Shown in pieces: positions 25,295 through 38,780 of a DNA stretch of 64,000 bases; position 1 is the first letter of the stretch; every line of letters starts with the position of its first letter. Below the pieces are notes generated by a model. It was given only the letters and a program-made list of their open reading frames with translations, made no database searches and was not told where the DNA came from. Both the position numbers and the translations under genes were made by a program. The stretch spans positions 4,223,278 to 4,287,277 of the forward strand of contig NC_068993.1 of the NCBI RefSeq assembly GCF_001194135.2, given 5' to 3'. The DNA is from Octopus bimaculoides. Its lineage: Eukaryota.

Positions 25295-25893
25295 CAGATT
25301 TGTATGTTTTGCTGTATGTATGTATGTACATTTACAGCAACAAGGTCAGCTGATCAGAATTTAAAATAGTATTCTCTGTTTTCTAACTCAATGCAACATT
25401 ATGTTTACTTAACAATTAATTACAGCTAATTGATTAGTTCATCCACAGCTAAGAACCTTTTGAGACTCTTTATCATGGTACATTACCATTTACTAGTCAT
25501 GCTAATTTATTAAACTGTCAATTAATGGTAACTGATAACTCTACTTCATCCGTTCACCAGAATCTTCTGTCTGTCTTAGACTTGTTACCTTACGATTAAT
25601 TAGTTATATTAGCTCATTTAATCATTAATTATGCCTAATTGATTACTCTTGTGTAGCCCCATACCAGACTCTATTGGCTGCGTCTTAGACTGGTTCCTTA
25701 CCATAGAATCTTGTCTCTCAGTCTTATTCCAAGCTGTGTTTGATGTCTCATGTGTATAAATCACACAATCCCATATTAAACTCATTCTACTCTGTGTATC
25801 CACCACAATCCAATGCAAATAATAAAATGTGAAAATCAGATGAAGTTGGAACTTCATTGATCAATATATTCTATGCACAATCATACAAACTCT

Positions 25894-25931
<38 letters not shown>

Positions 25932-26084
25932 NNNNNNNNNNNNNNNNNNNNNNNNNNNNNNNNNNNNNNNNNNNNNNNNNNNNNNNNNNNNNNNNNNNNN
26001 NNNNNNNNNNNNNNNNNNNNNNNNNNNNNNNNNNNNNNNNNNNNNNNNNNNNNNNNNNNNNNNNNNNNNNNNNNNNNNNNNNNN

Positions 26085-26134
<50 letters not shown>

Positions 26135-26611
26135 GTAGATAGATAGATATGTTTCTTTATTAACCACACAGAGCTGAACACAGAGGGGACAAAATACAAA
26201 GTAGAGCTTTTCTTTTTGGGAAGAGAAAAGAAAAGGGGGGGGGCGGTAGAATTTCGATCAAAAGGGATTATGGAAAGAAGGAAAAAGAAAAAAAAAAGAA
26301 GAAAGCTGATCAATAGGTATCGTGTATTACAGAAATGTAATACAGATGCCACAATGGAGGCCTCAGTGTGGTCATTAATTTGGTATAAATAGCAGACAAC
26401 TCTCATTCAGATCATACCCAATTGTCTTGTGAATCTCATGTATGTCTATATGTTTAAGACTACGAAGCCCTCAATGTGATTAGTCAACCTGCTATAAATA
26501 GTAGCTCAATTTCCCTCAGATCACTTGCTCTTGTCTCTCGGTAGAAAAGCTTAAATACCGTAGCCCAGGGCTCATTGTAAATATGAAAACCTATGAAATG
26601 GTTACGGCTGC

Positions 26612-26753
26612 AAAGTCTTTTACCCTGGTTCTGTTTGATCACGATTGTCCTGAGTCTTAACAACAACAACTAAAACAACTATTCCTACCCTGACCATCAC
26701 TACAGTCATTGCAATTGCTATCTTGTCCAATGCCGCCATCACCTATCCTGCCC
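26612..26753 (+). repeat. Local duplicated segment (uninterrupted paralog of 27701-28092)
   Basis: tcttttaccctggttctgtttgatc...attcctaccc|tgaccatcactacagtcattgcaattg matches 27701-27776 and 28041-28092. Confidence 0.85.
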
Positions 26754-27478
26754 AGACGTTAACTACTTCTGCAGCCAGTTCCACTCCTTCCTTTCATGGC
26801 CCCCACCTACAACTACTATTTCACTATAGCTCTTGCAACTAGCATCACCCGCATCACCAAAATTATCTTCACCAGCATCACTAACCCAAATCATCATCAC
26901 AAGCATCATCATTATTGCCAAGTCCATCATCATCATCAACAACATCATCATCAACATCATCACCACCACACAACTGACAGAACACGTTTGATGTGGAAAA
27001 AGAAATACGATGTTCTTACATTGATTGAAAGCTACAGCTGCCTATATGTATATACATGCATACGTGTATATATATACATACATATAGACACATATGTATG
27101 TAAATATATATATATGTATATGTATATATATAAATGTACATCATCATCATCATCATCATCATCGTTTAAACATATATATGTATATATATGTATGTATGTA
27201 TATGTATATATGTAGTAAATGTATATACATACATAGTAAATATACGCATGTATGTGTGTGTGTGTGTGCGAATGAGGGGTGGGATGTTTATATGGAAGGC
27301 CTCGACTAAATAAGTTAAGACATCGTAAAAGACAAAATAATTTGAATTCAATTACAGGACCCAGCTGTCTGCTTATATTGGCTGACGTTGCCTTACATGG
27401 ACATTTGACATCTTTCAACTCATCAACGAAGAGGCTCTCGTGTTTATACGCACACATATACATGCATATATATATATA

Positions 27479-27534
<56 letters not shown>

Positions 27535-27646
27535 GATAGAAAGATAGCTAGGTAGATAGATGTGTCTACATATGTGTGTGTGTATACAAACACATCCATG
27601 GAAATACCGGAATTATCCATATATATATACATATGCAGATACATAT

Positions 27647-27684
<38 letters not shown>

Positions 27685-27776
27685 TTTTTTAGATTTGCTT
27701 AAATTTCTTTTACCTTAGTTCTGTTTAATCATGTTTGACGTGAGCCTTAACCACAACTACAACAACCATTCCTACC

Positions 27777-27843
27777 ATTTGAACCTGGGTTCTCATTCCT
27801 AAGGTATTTTTCTATGTTATTATTATTATTAATATTATTGTTG

Positions 27844-27942
<99 letters not shown>

Positions 27943-28038
27943 TCATTGCTTGGAATAATATCGACACCTGATGATGGCTGGAGGGTATATTAGTCGAAAC
28001 GTTGTGTTAACAAACAAGATGAGGACAAATATCCATCA
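27777..28038 (+). mobile_element. Family D SINE with an inverted 5' segment, inserted into the duplicated segment
   Basis: 27777-27956 is the reverse complement of the head and middle (gaacctgggttctcattcctaagg..(ATT)n..caggtcattgcttggaat). 27963-28038 is the sense-strand hammerhead and tail. Confidence 0.85.
27963..28008 (+). ncRNA. Minimal type-I hammerhead ribozyme motif, fold intact
   Basis: GACAC / CUGAUGA / U / GGCUG-gagggUAUAU-UAGUC (5 bp including two G-U pairs) / GAAA / CG / UU / GUGUU. Stem I is GACAC:GUGUU, stem III is the palindromic AACGUU, and the predicted cleavage is after GUU (28003). Confidence 0.7.
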
Positions 28039-28165
28039 CTTGACCATCACTACAGTCATTGCAATTGCCATCTTACCCATGCCTCCATCACCAAGTTTTT
28101 CGTCTGTTTAATGAATCTATTTCACTGTTATGCTTTTGCTTTGGGATAATACATACATACACACA

Positions 28166-28390
28166 TGCCCATGGGCATATGGCATAGTGGTAATAATAAT
28201 AACATCGATGAATACTTTAGGAATGAGAAACCAGATTCGAAATTTCCCCAAAACACCTGATGAATGCTGGAGGGTATATCAGCCGAAAGGTTGTGTTTAA
28301 CAACAAACCAAGATGAGGACAAATATCCGTCGAATGTAAATAATGTAAATAATGTACATAATTCTTCATCTCTTGAATATAGAACTGTAT
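28166..28390 (+). mobile_element. Family D SINE with the tRNA-like core deleted
   Basis: Palindromic leader tgcccatgggca, then tatggcatagtggt jumps straight to (AAT)n. The rest is the body ttaggaatgagaaaccagattcgaaatttcccc, the hammerhead, and the tail aatgtaaataatgtacataattcttcatctcttgaatatagaactgta. Confidence 0.88.
28251..28298 (+). ncRNA. Minimal hammerhead motif (mutated)
   Basis: AAACAC-CUGAUGA-A-UGCUG-gagggUAUAU-CAGCC-GAAA-GG-UU-GUGUUU. Stem I is a perfect 6 bp. C15.2 is changed to G and the first stem II pair is broken. Confidence 0.6.
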
Positions 28391-29612
28391 TTGGTTATTA
28401 TGTAAGTTTCTTAACCACACAGCTTCTAATGCTCAGACAATTCTGCCAGCTGTCTGAATTTCCAACCAACATTTCCAAAACAAAGATTGATTACTAAAAT
28501 TATATCCTAATCCATCTTAAATCAAAGAAACATGAAAATCTTGTAAATCCTGATATACGTAACTTTTGACACAAACATGAATAATAAATGAAGAATTTTG
28601 ATTGAGTAACATAATAATTAAAGGATTTGTAATGATTTTGGCTAGCCCTGTGTGTGTGTGTGAATGGATGGATATATATGTGAATGTAAAGTTTGTATGT
28701 ATGTATGTGTATATATGAATATAAATGTATGTGATTGTGTTTGTGTACATATGAGCTAATGTACATATATGTGTATGTGTGTGCATGTGTATGTGTGTAT
28801 TTATCTTAGTGCCTATGTATGTATATGCATTATATGTGTTTATGTACGCATGAATGTATGTGTGCATGTTTGTTTGTGTGTGTGTGTATGTGTACGTATT
28901 TGTATTTATCTGTGTATCTATGTATATTCATCATGTGTGTTTATGTGTGTATGTACATATGTATATGTGCATTTATGTACGTGCATGTGTGTGCATGCAT
29001 GCGTATGTGTGTATATTCTTATGTGCGATACACCTTTATAGTGTGTGTATGATGCATGTATATACACATATCGATTTTTACAACCTGGTGTGTGAAGAAT
29101 ACATATGTATGTGTGTATAAATGTGTGTATAAATGTGTGTGTTTGTTTCTGTTGTTATTGATATCTGTGTGTTTGTACTGAGAGAAAAAGAGAAAGAAAG
29201 AAAGAAAGAAAGAAGAATGAAAGCGAAGCAGAAAGAGAGAGAGAGAGAGAGAGAGAGAGCAGAGGGAGGGGAAAGAAATAAGGAGAGGAATCTTTTCTAA
29301 TGGAAGACATTAAATAAAGAGTTAGGATCCATGGATTAAATGCATATCTCAATCAGTCTGGATGTTCTAGAATGAACTGATGATGGCAATCTCCAATGCA
29401 CATCAATGGCTTCTTCTCTGCAGTATTTCAGCACATTAGACATAGAGATGCAAACACATACACATATACATATAAATGGGTGTATTTTTGCATGAATGGG
29501 TGTATAAATATATGTGTGTGTGTGTGTGTGTATGGGTGTGTGTGTATATAAATGTATGGATGTATATATGTATCTGTGTACATGTATATATATATATATA
29601 TATACATACATA

Positions 29613-29660
29613 CATCATCATCATCATTTAACGTCTGTGTTCCATGCTAGAATGGGTGGG
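29613..29660 (-). mobile_element. Family E (GAT)n-tailed repeat, tail fragment
   Basis: catcatcatttaacgtctgtgttccatgctagaatggg. Confidence 0.75.
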
Positions 29661-29894
29661 ATTATATATATATATATGTGTGTGTGTGTATGTGTATGAC
29701 TGAGTGCATATATTTTTCTCGATATGTATGCACACACACATGCAAACACAAACACACACACAGTCAGTAAATTGAGAGAGTCATCACAGTTTTAGAATAT
29801 TTTGCAGTATTCATTCTGTTTCTGAGTTTTTATTTGTCTAAGGGAAGGTTTAGAATATCAAAAACGTGCCATATTCCACGACTATGTATGTATA

Positions 29895-30055
29895 ATCATC
29901 GTCGTCGTTTAACGTCCGCCTTCCATGCTGGCATGGGTAGGACGGTTTGACAGGAGCCAGCCAGGCTCAAGCCTGCACCAGACTTCTGTAACTGTTTTAG
30001 CAGGATTTTTACGGCTGGATGCCCTTGCTAACACCAACCACCCAGCAGAGTGGAC
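29895..30055 (-). mobile_element. Family E (GAT)n-tailed non-LTR-type repeat, 3' part
   Basis: tttaacgtccgccttccatgctggcatggg..ggacggtttgacag...ttttacggctggatgcccttgctaacaccaaccac. Shared with 32940, 38555, 47815 and 48158. Confidence 0.85.
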
Positions 30056-30146
30056 TAATGTATATATATATATTAAATAAAAATATATATATATATAATA
30101 TGTGAGTGTATGTATATATAAATGTGTGTGTGTGTGTGTGTGTATC

Positions 30147-30177
<31 letters not shown>

Positions 30178-30553
30178 NNNNNNNNNNNNNNNNNNNNNNN
30201 NNNNNNNNNNNNNNNNNNNNNNNNNNNNNNNNNNNNNNNNNNNNNNNNNNNNNNNNNNNNNNNNNNNNNNNNNNNNNNNNNNNNNNNNNNNNNNNNNNNN
30301 NNNNNNNNNNNNNNNNNNNNNNNNNNNNNNNNNNNNNNNNNNNNNNNNNNNNNNNNNNNNNNNNNNNNNNNNNNNNNNNNNNNNNNNNNNNNNNNNNNNN
30401 NNNNNNNNNNNNNNNNNNNNNNNNNNNNNNNNNNNNNNNNNNNNNNNNNNNNNNNNNNNNNNNNNAAAATGTTAGAAAAATGTTAGAAAATCTTTTTGGT
30501 ATATAAACATTGTATTTTGAGAAATAACCGGTTTTGTGTTGTCTTTTCAAATT

Positions 30554-30616
30554 TCTCTACTTCATTGTGTCGTGTTCGTTCCAGACTGGAACGAACACGA
30601 CACAATGAAGTAGAGA
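30554..30616. repeat. Perfect palindrome: 31-bp arms with a 1-nt spacer
   Basis: tctctacttcattgtgtcgtgttcgttccag-a-ctggaacgaacacgacacaatgaagtagaga, checked base by base. Confidence 0.97.
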
Positions 30617-30734
30617 CAAGAACGCAAAACATCCAGACAGTTAGGTGATGCATTGTTGTTCTTTTTCAGCTGACCGCCTTTGAGGTCAGTTGCATCTGTT
30701 CTGTCTTGCCACCCAGTCAGTTAAGAAGACGCCT

Positions 30735-31008
30735 GTTGTGTGTGTGTGTATCTTTGTGTTTGTGTTTGACCCTGATTACTGCTTGACAACTGATGTTGGT
30801 GTATTTATGTCCCTCTAAATTAGCAATGAAGTAAAAGAGATCGATAGAATAAGTACCAGACTTATAAAAAATAAAATTCATCTACAAAAAAATTCCTTCG
30901 CGAGAAGCTAATTTCATAAGAATGGTAATTGAAGAGGTGATAATGATAGCAGTGCTCTAGCATGGCCACAGCCTTTTGGCTGAAATACATAAAAGAATAA
31001 AAGAATAG
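30735..31008 (+). mobile_element. SINE family B, 3' part (old)
   Basis: tgcttgacaactgatgttggtg...gatagaataagtaccag...ctctagcatggccacagcc..gctgaaatacataaaagaataaaag. Confidence 0.8.
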
Positions 31009-32563
31009 AATATATGTATACAGTGAAATATATGAAACAGATCACCAGAAATCATCTGTATTGTTTGAACTCCATCAATGTTTAATTCACAGGCTTATAC
31101 GAAACTTAAGTAACATACTGTATTTCACAAGCGCTGTATAAAGTCTTGCAAGCACACACACACACACACACACGCACGCTTATATGTAGTGGGAGAGATG
31201 CAGATCTTCAGAGAGAGGGCAGGAGAAATGCTTGCTGAAAACTCATCTAAATAGATGCATGCATATGTAATGACCAGCTCTCTCGCCTTAAAAGTTTCTC
31301 TCCAAAACTTCATCGCTGCTTAACTTGATATCTCATTTCCATTATTGCTATCGCAATGGCAATACATTTGCATCAATTATCGAAATAAATGAATCTAACT
31401 TGTCTGTCTTACTTCACATCACTAAATAGAAAAATAATGCATCTATCAGAATTGGTTATTTCTTGTAGAATGATGTTTTTCTCTTGACATTCATTTCAGC
31501 TGCTGGGTATTAAGAACCCTATTGATTTTCACTAATGATAAATGCAACTTTAAAATCTCTGACCTTTCGCAATTATTTCCTTCCAAAATTTTTCCAGTTG
31601 CAATTGCACTGTTGTTTGTATTTAAAATGGAAATGCATAAGTAAAACTGTTAACAAATCCTCCATTGTTTATGCAAATATCTATCATATATCAACGAATT
31701 TCTCTCCTTCTCTTCCAACCATTCTCTCTTTCTCTAACTATCCCATACGTGTGTGTGTATGTGCATGTGTGTATGAATATACACACATATTTAGTGAGAG
31801 AGAGAAAGTTACATATATATGTAGAAATATAAACACATACATATATACACACACACACACATATATATATGTATATTTGTATGTATGTGTATATCATAAT
31901 CAACATTAACATTTGAAAGCCATCTTTCATACTGACATGAGTAAGACAATGTGTATGTGTGTTTAATATATATATGTATATATATATATTATATATATAT
32001 GCATGTTTGCATGTATGTATGTATGTATGTATGTATGTTAGCATGAGGTATGAGGTATGTTTATGAATACGTTCTCACACACAGATACACAGATATATAC
32101 GTATGCTTATATATTTCTATGCATGCATATGAAAACACACACACACATACGCATCGACTAAATCTCCTATGACTTAACATGGGATCCCTTTAACAACAAT
32201 GTAGCCTTCATCCGATTAAGGTATCTTAGGCTCAATTAGCAGCTAGGGAATGACCCCTCGTTTGGGTAATTACTACTTCCAAATTTCTTCTGGCTATGAA
32301 ACATGTAGCTTGGATTTTATCTAATCCATTCCCTAATTATATATATATATATATATATNNNNNNNNNNNNNNNNNNNNNNNNNNNNNNNNNNNNNNNNNN
32401 NNNNNNNNNNNNNNNNNNNNNNNNNNNNNNNNNNNNNNNNNNNNNNNNNNNNNNNNNNNNNNNNNNNNNNNNNNNNNNNNNNNNNNNNNNNNNNNNNNNN
32501 NNNNNNNNNNNNNNNNNNNNNNNNNNNNNNNNNNNNNNNNNNNNNNNNNNNNNNNNNNNNNNN

Positions 32564-32621
<58 letters not shown>

Positions 32622-32939
32622 GTACAAATATTCTATAATTATAAGCATAATTATAATCAGGGGTCAGGGTTATTTCAACATAGTGAACTTGGTAAAATTA
32701 TTAATTATTAATTAATTAATTGACTAATTAATAAATTAATGTTACCCTTTTATTATTATTATATATGTATATATATATCTAAGGGTTGTCTACCTCATCA
32801 ACATCTCTAAATAACAACCTCTATACAATCACAATAAAACATCCACACCTGAAATCAGTCCAGTCAACATAAACACATAGCGATCTCTATAGTCAACACT
32901 TCTAAATAGCAGTCTCTATATAGTCAATATCTACACACC

Positions 32940-33235
32940 GTCATCATCGTCGCCGTCGTCATTATCATTATCATTTAATGTTGGACATTTTGATGGGAGC
33001 TGGCCAGGCTGGAGAGCTACACCAGGCTCCAATTGTCTGTTTTTGGCATGGCGTCTATGGCTAGATGCTCTTTCTACTGTCAACCACTTTACAAAGTGTA
33101 TTGGATGCTTTTTACATGGTGCCAGCACAGCAAGTGGTTTTATTTGGCACCAGCACAGATGCTTGTAATATGGTACCAGTGCCCATGCTTTTTATATGGC
33201 ACCAGCATGAATGCTTTTAATGTGTCGCCAGCACA
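32940..33235 (-). mobile_element. Family E copy with internal ~25-bp sub-repeats
   Basis: Family E body plus about five degenerate tgcttttatatggcaccagcac units at 33105-33232. Confidence 0.78.
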
Positions 33236-35026
33236 TTTAATTAATATCTGTCAATAATTTGTCTATATACACCGTCAACATCTATTGACAGTCAGTATCT
33301 ATTATATTTTGCTGTAATTACCAGTTATAGACTCTACATCAATGCAGTCTATATTTACAAACTCTGATATATATATATGCAATCAACTTCATTTGTATTA
33401 CTACAGTAAAGATCTTTTAGCAACAGGAATACTAAATCGTTATTCCATGTTTTGTGTCAACAATATATTATATTTCTTACGCATCTTGTTTTGTTTTGTT
33501 TTCATTTTGTCTCAGTTGCATTTGTTTTCTTTTCTGGCTAATAAATACTTATGGACAGAGGATAAAATTCCAGATTGTTTTAGCTGCAGTCCAACTACTT
33601 CCATCAGATTAAAAGCATTATACCCTCAAGCTGTCAATGTTAGGTTAAGTCAAATTCAATAAACACAAATAAAATTTCCAAATGGTTGACAGCGCCATCT
33701 ATCAAAGTGGGATATAAAAATCAAAACAGCAATTCTGTTGTTGATTATTTTTCCATAGATAGAAGCTGGAAGGGAAATAGTCTACAATAGCAATCAGCTG
33801 ATGTTTCTCTTTATAACATTTCTGTTTATTCAACGATGTTTGTAATTCAAACAGTTGGGACATTGTGTGTTTGAGAAAAAAATGTGTCTATTAACAAGTG
33901 GAGAGAGAGAGGAAGACAAAGGGAGAGAGGGAGAGAGAGAGAGAGATGTTACATTAAGTTGCATTGCCTTTTAGTATTCTAAATTGTGTTGTATTCATTG
34001 GTATTGTAATATTGACTAAATCACGACTGTCCATTGAGGAAAAGAAAGAAAAATAAAGGGCAAAAGAGAGAAAGAAGTGNNNNNNNNNNNNNNNNNGGGG
34101 GGGGGGGTGAAAACTTACAAAGTTAGCTTTAGAACAAGTCATGTAACTTTACTTTAATTTCAAAATACAATTATCAACTGAAAAAGAAAATGAAAAAAAT
34201 CTTTCTTATATAAAAATTAATAAAAGCTGAAAAAATTGAAATAATATATATATATATATATATAGTAATGAAGATAAATTATAAAATCTTATTTTCTTAC
34301 ATTTAATAAAATGTTTTAATGGTAAATACAGTAAAAGAACTTTTCTAAGAGATTGGTAAGACATTTTAATGGAAGAATTCTTAACCAAAAATAGATCGTC
34401 ACATAAGTGTCAAACTTGGAGTTGTTGCATTGAAAATCTTAAATTGATATTGGTTCCATGTGTCAAGACTATATTTAATTGAAGAGCTAAAAGCTTGGAA
34501 GAGTTCAAGTTTAGTAAGACAATTAAAATGGCCTTTCATTGATGGTCATATTTACACAGTTAGGAGCACCAGGTAATTTTACACATCCACAAGTATAGAC
34601 AACGAGGCTGTGGATCTAAGAGAGATAGATTCTTTTGTGCAGTTTTGTAACATTTAGTTAACAAAACAGAACTGCATTCAGTGATGAATCACAATGAAAA
34701 CTTTACGATTTTATAGCAAGAAAGTTGCTCATTATAAAATTATTCTAAATTAACAAAACCTTGATTCAGCAGAAAGATACATTTCATTTGACTGAGGCTT
34801 TATTCAACTAAATTCGCTAATTACGATTCACTAATTGACACAATTGACATCTCTTCTTCAAACTGTCACATTAAATAATTGAAAACTTCGTTTATCTTCT
34901 GAAGTCTAACAGTATGTACTGAAAGACATAAAGTGGTCAGTTAGTAGATTAGTTGGAAGAAGAGCAGACAGGTTACTTCTGTAGTAACTGTTATAGTTCT
35001 CCATTCTCTGAGAACACACACACACA

Positions 35027-35925
35027 TTGTGTGGTAAGTAGTTTGCTTACCAACCACATGGTTTCAGGTTCAGTCTCACTGCGTGGGATCTTCGGCAAGT
35101 GTCTTCTGCTATAGCCTCGAGCCGACCAAAGCCTTGTGAGTGGATTTGGTAGACGGAAACTGAAAGAAGCCCGTCGTATATGTGTGTATATATATATATA
35201 TATTTATATAAATAAGGATAAGATAGGTATTTAAAATATTGATCTTATCAAGTGGTCAGCATGGGAATAAAAACCATCAAAGGTAATAATTATTTAAAAT
35301 TATAATACAGGGTATCAAGAGATACCACCACGCTGAAAAAATAGCAGTCAAATCCNNNNNNNNNNNNNNNNNNNNNNNNNNNNNNNNNNNNNNNNNNNNN
35401 NNNNNNNNNNNNNNNNNNNNNNNNNNNNNNNNNNNNNNNNNNNNNNNNNNNNNNNNNNNNNNNNNNNNNNNNNNNNNNNNNNNNNNNNNNNNNNNNNNNN
35501 NNNNNNNNNNNNNNNNNNNNNNNNNNNNNNNNNNNNNNNNNNNNNNNNNNNNNNNNNNNNNNNNNNNNNNNNNNNNNNNNNNNNNNNNNNNNNNNNNNNN
35601 NNNNNNNNNNNNNNNNNNNNNNNNNNNNNNNNNNNNNNNNNNNNNNNNNNNNNNNNNNNNNNNNNNNNNNNNNNNNNNNNNNNNNNNNNNNNNNNNNNNN
35701 NNNNNNNNNNNNNNNNNNNNNNNNNNNNNNNNNNNNNNNNNNNNNNNNNNNNNNNNNNNNNNNNNNNNNNNNNNNNNNNNNNNNNNNNNNNNNNNNNNNN
35801 NNNNNNNNNNNNNNNNNNNNNNNNNNNNNNNNNNNNNNNNNNNNNNNNNNNNNNNNNNNNNNNNNNNNNNNNNNNNNNNNNNNNNNNNNNNNNNNNNNNN
35901 NNNNNNNNNNNNNNNNNNNNNNNNN

Positions 35926-35962
<37 letters not shown>

Positions 35963-36170
35963 ATGATTGCACGTCTGTGTTTGTTCCCACATCATCGCTT
36001 GACAACCAATGCTGGTGTGTTTACGTTCCTGTAAAGAGAGCAATAGAATAAGTACCAGGCTTACAAAGAATAAGTCCTGGAGTTCATTTGCTTGACTAAA
36101 GGCGGTGCTCTTGCATGGCCGCAGTAAAATTACTGAAACAAATAAAAGAATAAAAGAGTAAAAGAAAAGA
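35027..36170 (+). mobile_element. Family B SINE split at its internal microsatellite (head 35027-35180, tail 35960-36170)
   Basis: tRNA-like head tgtgtggtaagtagtttgcttaccaaccacatggtttcaGGTTCAGTCTC...ggtagacggaaactgaaagaagcccgtcg, then (TA)n, intervening DNA and an N-gap, then the tail. Confidence 0.85.
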
Positions 36171-37034
36171 ATATGTATTCATGTATGTATTCACAACTAC
36201 ACACACACACACACACACATATAAACATATACATATGTATTTATATTTATGTGTACACAATTATACACACATACACATATATAAAGACATATATATATAT
36301 ATATATATATGTATTTATATTTATGCATGTATGTATGCACAATTACATACACACACACATATACAGTCATACATACGTATATGCAAGTTTATGTGGGAAG
36401 AAAATATAACAATTTCTTGTCTACATCAATATCTATGCATCCAGTGTGTTTATTTAATGTATGGCAGATATGCACCCCGTCCACTCACGGATGGTCATAC
36501 GCAATTAACAAAATTCCCTAATATACACAAATTCTCATGTTGTATTATCATTGTAAGTTTAGGGAGTAGGGAGGGGGGGATGACAACCTCATTAATTTTT
36601 AACCGAGCAATGTTTATTTTTTATTATTATTCTGTTACAGATTTGAAATTAGAAAGAATGAACTGATATATATATATATGTGTGTATGTATATATATATA
36701 CATGTATGTATGTATATACATGTATGTATATATGTGTGTATATATGTATGTATATGCAACTGAATACGCATAGAAATGGAAACATATTTTATTTTCTCTG
36801 ACCTCCCCCACCTTATTGTCATGCCATAATTCTCACACGTCCCACCACCACCACCATCACCACCACCTCTACCAACACCTCTACCAACACCAGTGCCACC
36901 CCCAATGCTCACCGTCGTCACCACCCCCGATACCTCCACAACAACCATCACCATCCACTGTCATCACAATAACAACCATCACCATCAAATGGAACAAGTG
37001 CCATTTATGCTCCCACTACTACTAGCAGATCAAT

Positions 37035-37290
37035 GTGTCCTGAGTTCAAATCCTGCCCAGGTCGCATTTATCTGTCCTCCTCTGGGATCAATATACCAAA
37101 GTATCAGTCAAATACTGATGTTCATATGAATGGCTGCCACCTTTCATCCTTTTGGGGATCGATAAAATAAATATCAGTCAAATACTGGGGAGGGGGGAGG
37201 TCAATATAATCGACTTGCCCCACCCACCCCAAATTTCAGGCCTTGCGCCTTTAATAGAAAGGATTCTTCTTCTTATTATTATTATTAGCA
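37035..37290 (+). mobile_element. Family A SINE with a partial internal tandem duplication
   Basis: gagttcaaatcctgcccaggtc..., atcagtcaaatactg occurs twice, tail ggccttgcgcctttaatagaaaggattcttcttcttattatt. Confidence 0.8.
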
Positions 37291-38162
37291 AAACTCACTT
37301 GCCCTTGCTTGGGTGCTTACACCTCCTCCTTTTATCTGAACCCTCTCATGTACTGCCACCAACCCCCACCTCCTACCCATTCACTCTGGTGGTGGGGGGT
37401 CTTTTCTGACCCCTCTCCCACCTAGACTCTCCACTCCAGTTGCCACTATCATTATCTCTACTTACTCTTCCAAGCTCTTGACTAACCCCACCAACCCCTT
37501 AAAGAAAACACATACATTCATACATACACACACACATGCACAACACCAATCCCCTGGTTCCATTCTGACCACTTTCCCATCTGCTTACTCACTATATTAA
37601 CCACTCCCCCACACCTATAAACACTCCCATCCACACACTTCCATCCACACACACACACACACACACACTCCTTAGCACCACAAGAGCTCCATCTTGGGTC
37701 AATGTTATTTATTCATTTATAATGAATAATTTACCAAGAAATTCAAGCTGTTTTGGCAGCTGCATCCTGTCAAACATCAATTTGTTATCCTAGCTTTGTT
37801 TTCTTCTAATTCTTCAAGTTCATTATTATTATTATTACTATTATTATTATTATTATCATTATTTTTGTTATTATTATTATTGTTATTCATATTATATCAT
37901 TGTCATTGCTATCATTATTACCAATAGTATTATTATTATTATTATTATCATTATTATTATTATCATTATTATTGCTGTTGTTGTTGTTGTTATTAATATC
38001 TTTGTTATAAATGTTATTACCTCTTTTATTCATGGTTTGAGAAATACATCAAGAGTTTCCTTTCTTGGAACAGGAATTAAGGACATTTTGGAGAACATGT
38101 ATAGAAATGTAATCATTAAGAGAACCATTATGGTGTTGGGAGGTAATGCCTTGTGGCATTTA

Positions 38163-38278
38163 GGCTGTGGAGAACATGTGGCGTAGTGATGAGAGCATTG
38201 CACTGACAATTGCAAGATTGCAGTTTCAATTCCCAGTACATTGTGTTCTTGAGCGATACACTTCACTTCACATTGCAT
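38163..38278 (+). mobile_element. Family C SINE head plus start of the central domain
   Basis: gtggagaacatgtggcgtagtgatgagagc...cagtttcaattccc..cattgtgttcttgagcgatacacttcacttcacattgc. Confidence 0.75.
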
Positions 38279-38457
38279 TCATCATCATCATCATTATCAT
38301 CATCATCATTATCATCATTATTATTATCGTCTTCGTCGTTGTCATTACTATTGTCACCATCATCATCAACATTATCATTATCATCATCATCGTCATGATC
38401 ATCAGCATCATTTTCATCATCATCATCATCATCATCATTTTCGCCATCAACATCGCC

Positions 38458-38507
<50 letters not shown>

Positions 38508-38605
38508 TATCATCATGATCATCACCATCACCATCATCATCATCATCATCATCATCATTTAACGTCTGTTTTCCACACTGGCATGGGTTGGACTGTTTTA
38601 CAGAC
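38277..38605 (-). mobile_element. Family E tail with a ~280-bp expanded (CAT/GAT)n tract
   Basis: (CAT)n 38277-38558 directly followed by ttaacgtctgttttccacactggcatgggttggac. Confidence 0.78.
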
Positions 38606-38624
38606 GGTTTCTGTGTATGTCCTC

Positions 38625-38780
38625 CATCATCACTTGACGACTGGTGTTGGTTTGTTTATGTCTCCGTAACTAAGCTGGCTTAAAGAGATTAAGTACCGAG
38701 GTCGATTTCTTTCATTAAAATTCTTCAAGGTGGAGCCCCAGCATGGCCGCAGTCTAATGGCTGAAACAAATAAGAGTTAG
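38625..38780 (+). mobile_element. Family B SINE tail
   Basis: cacttgacgactggtgttgg...ccccagcatggccgcagtctaatggctgaaacaaataagag. Confidence 0.8.
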
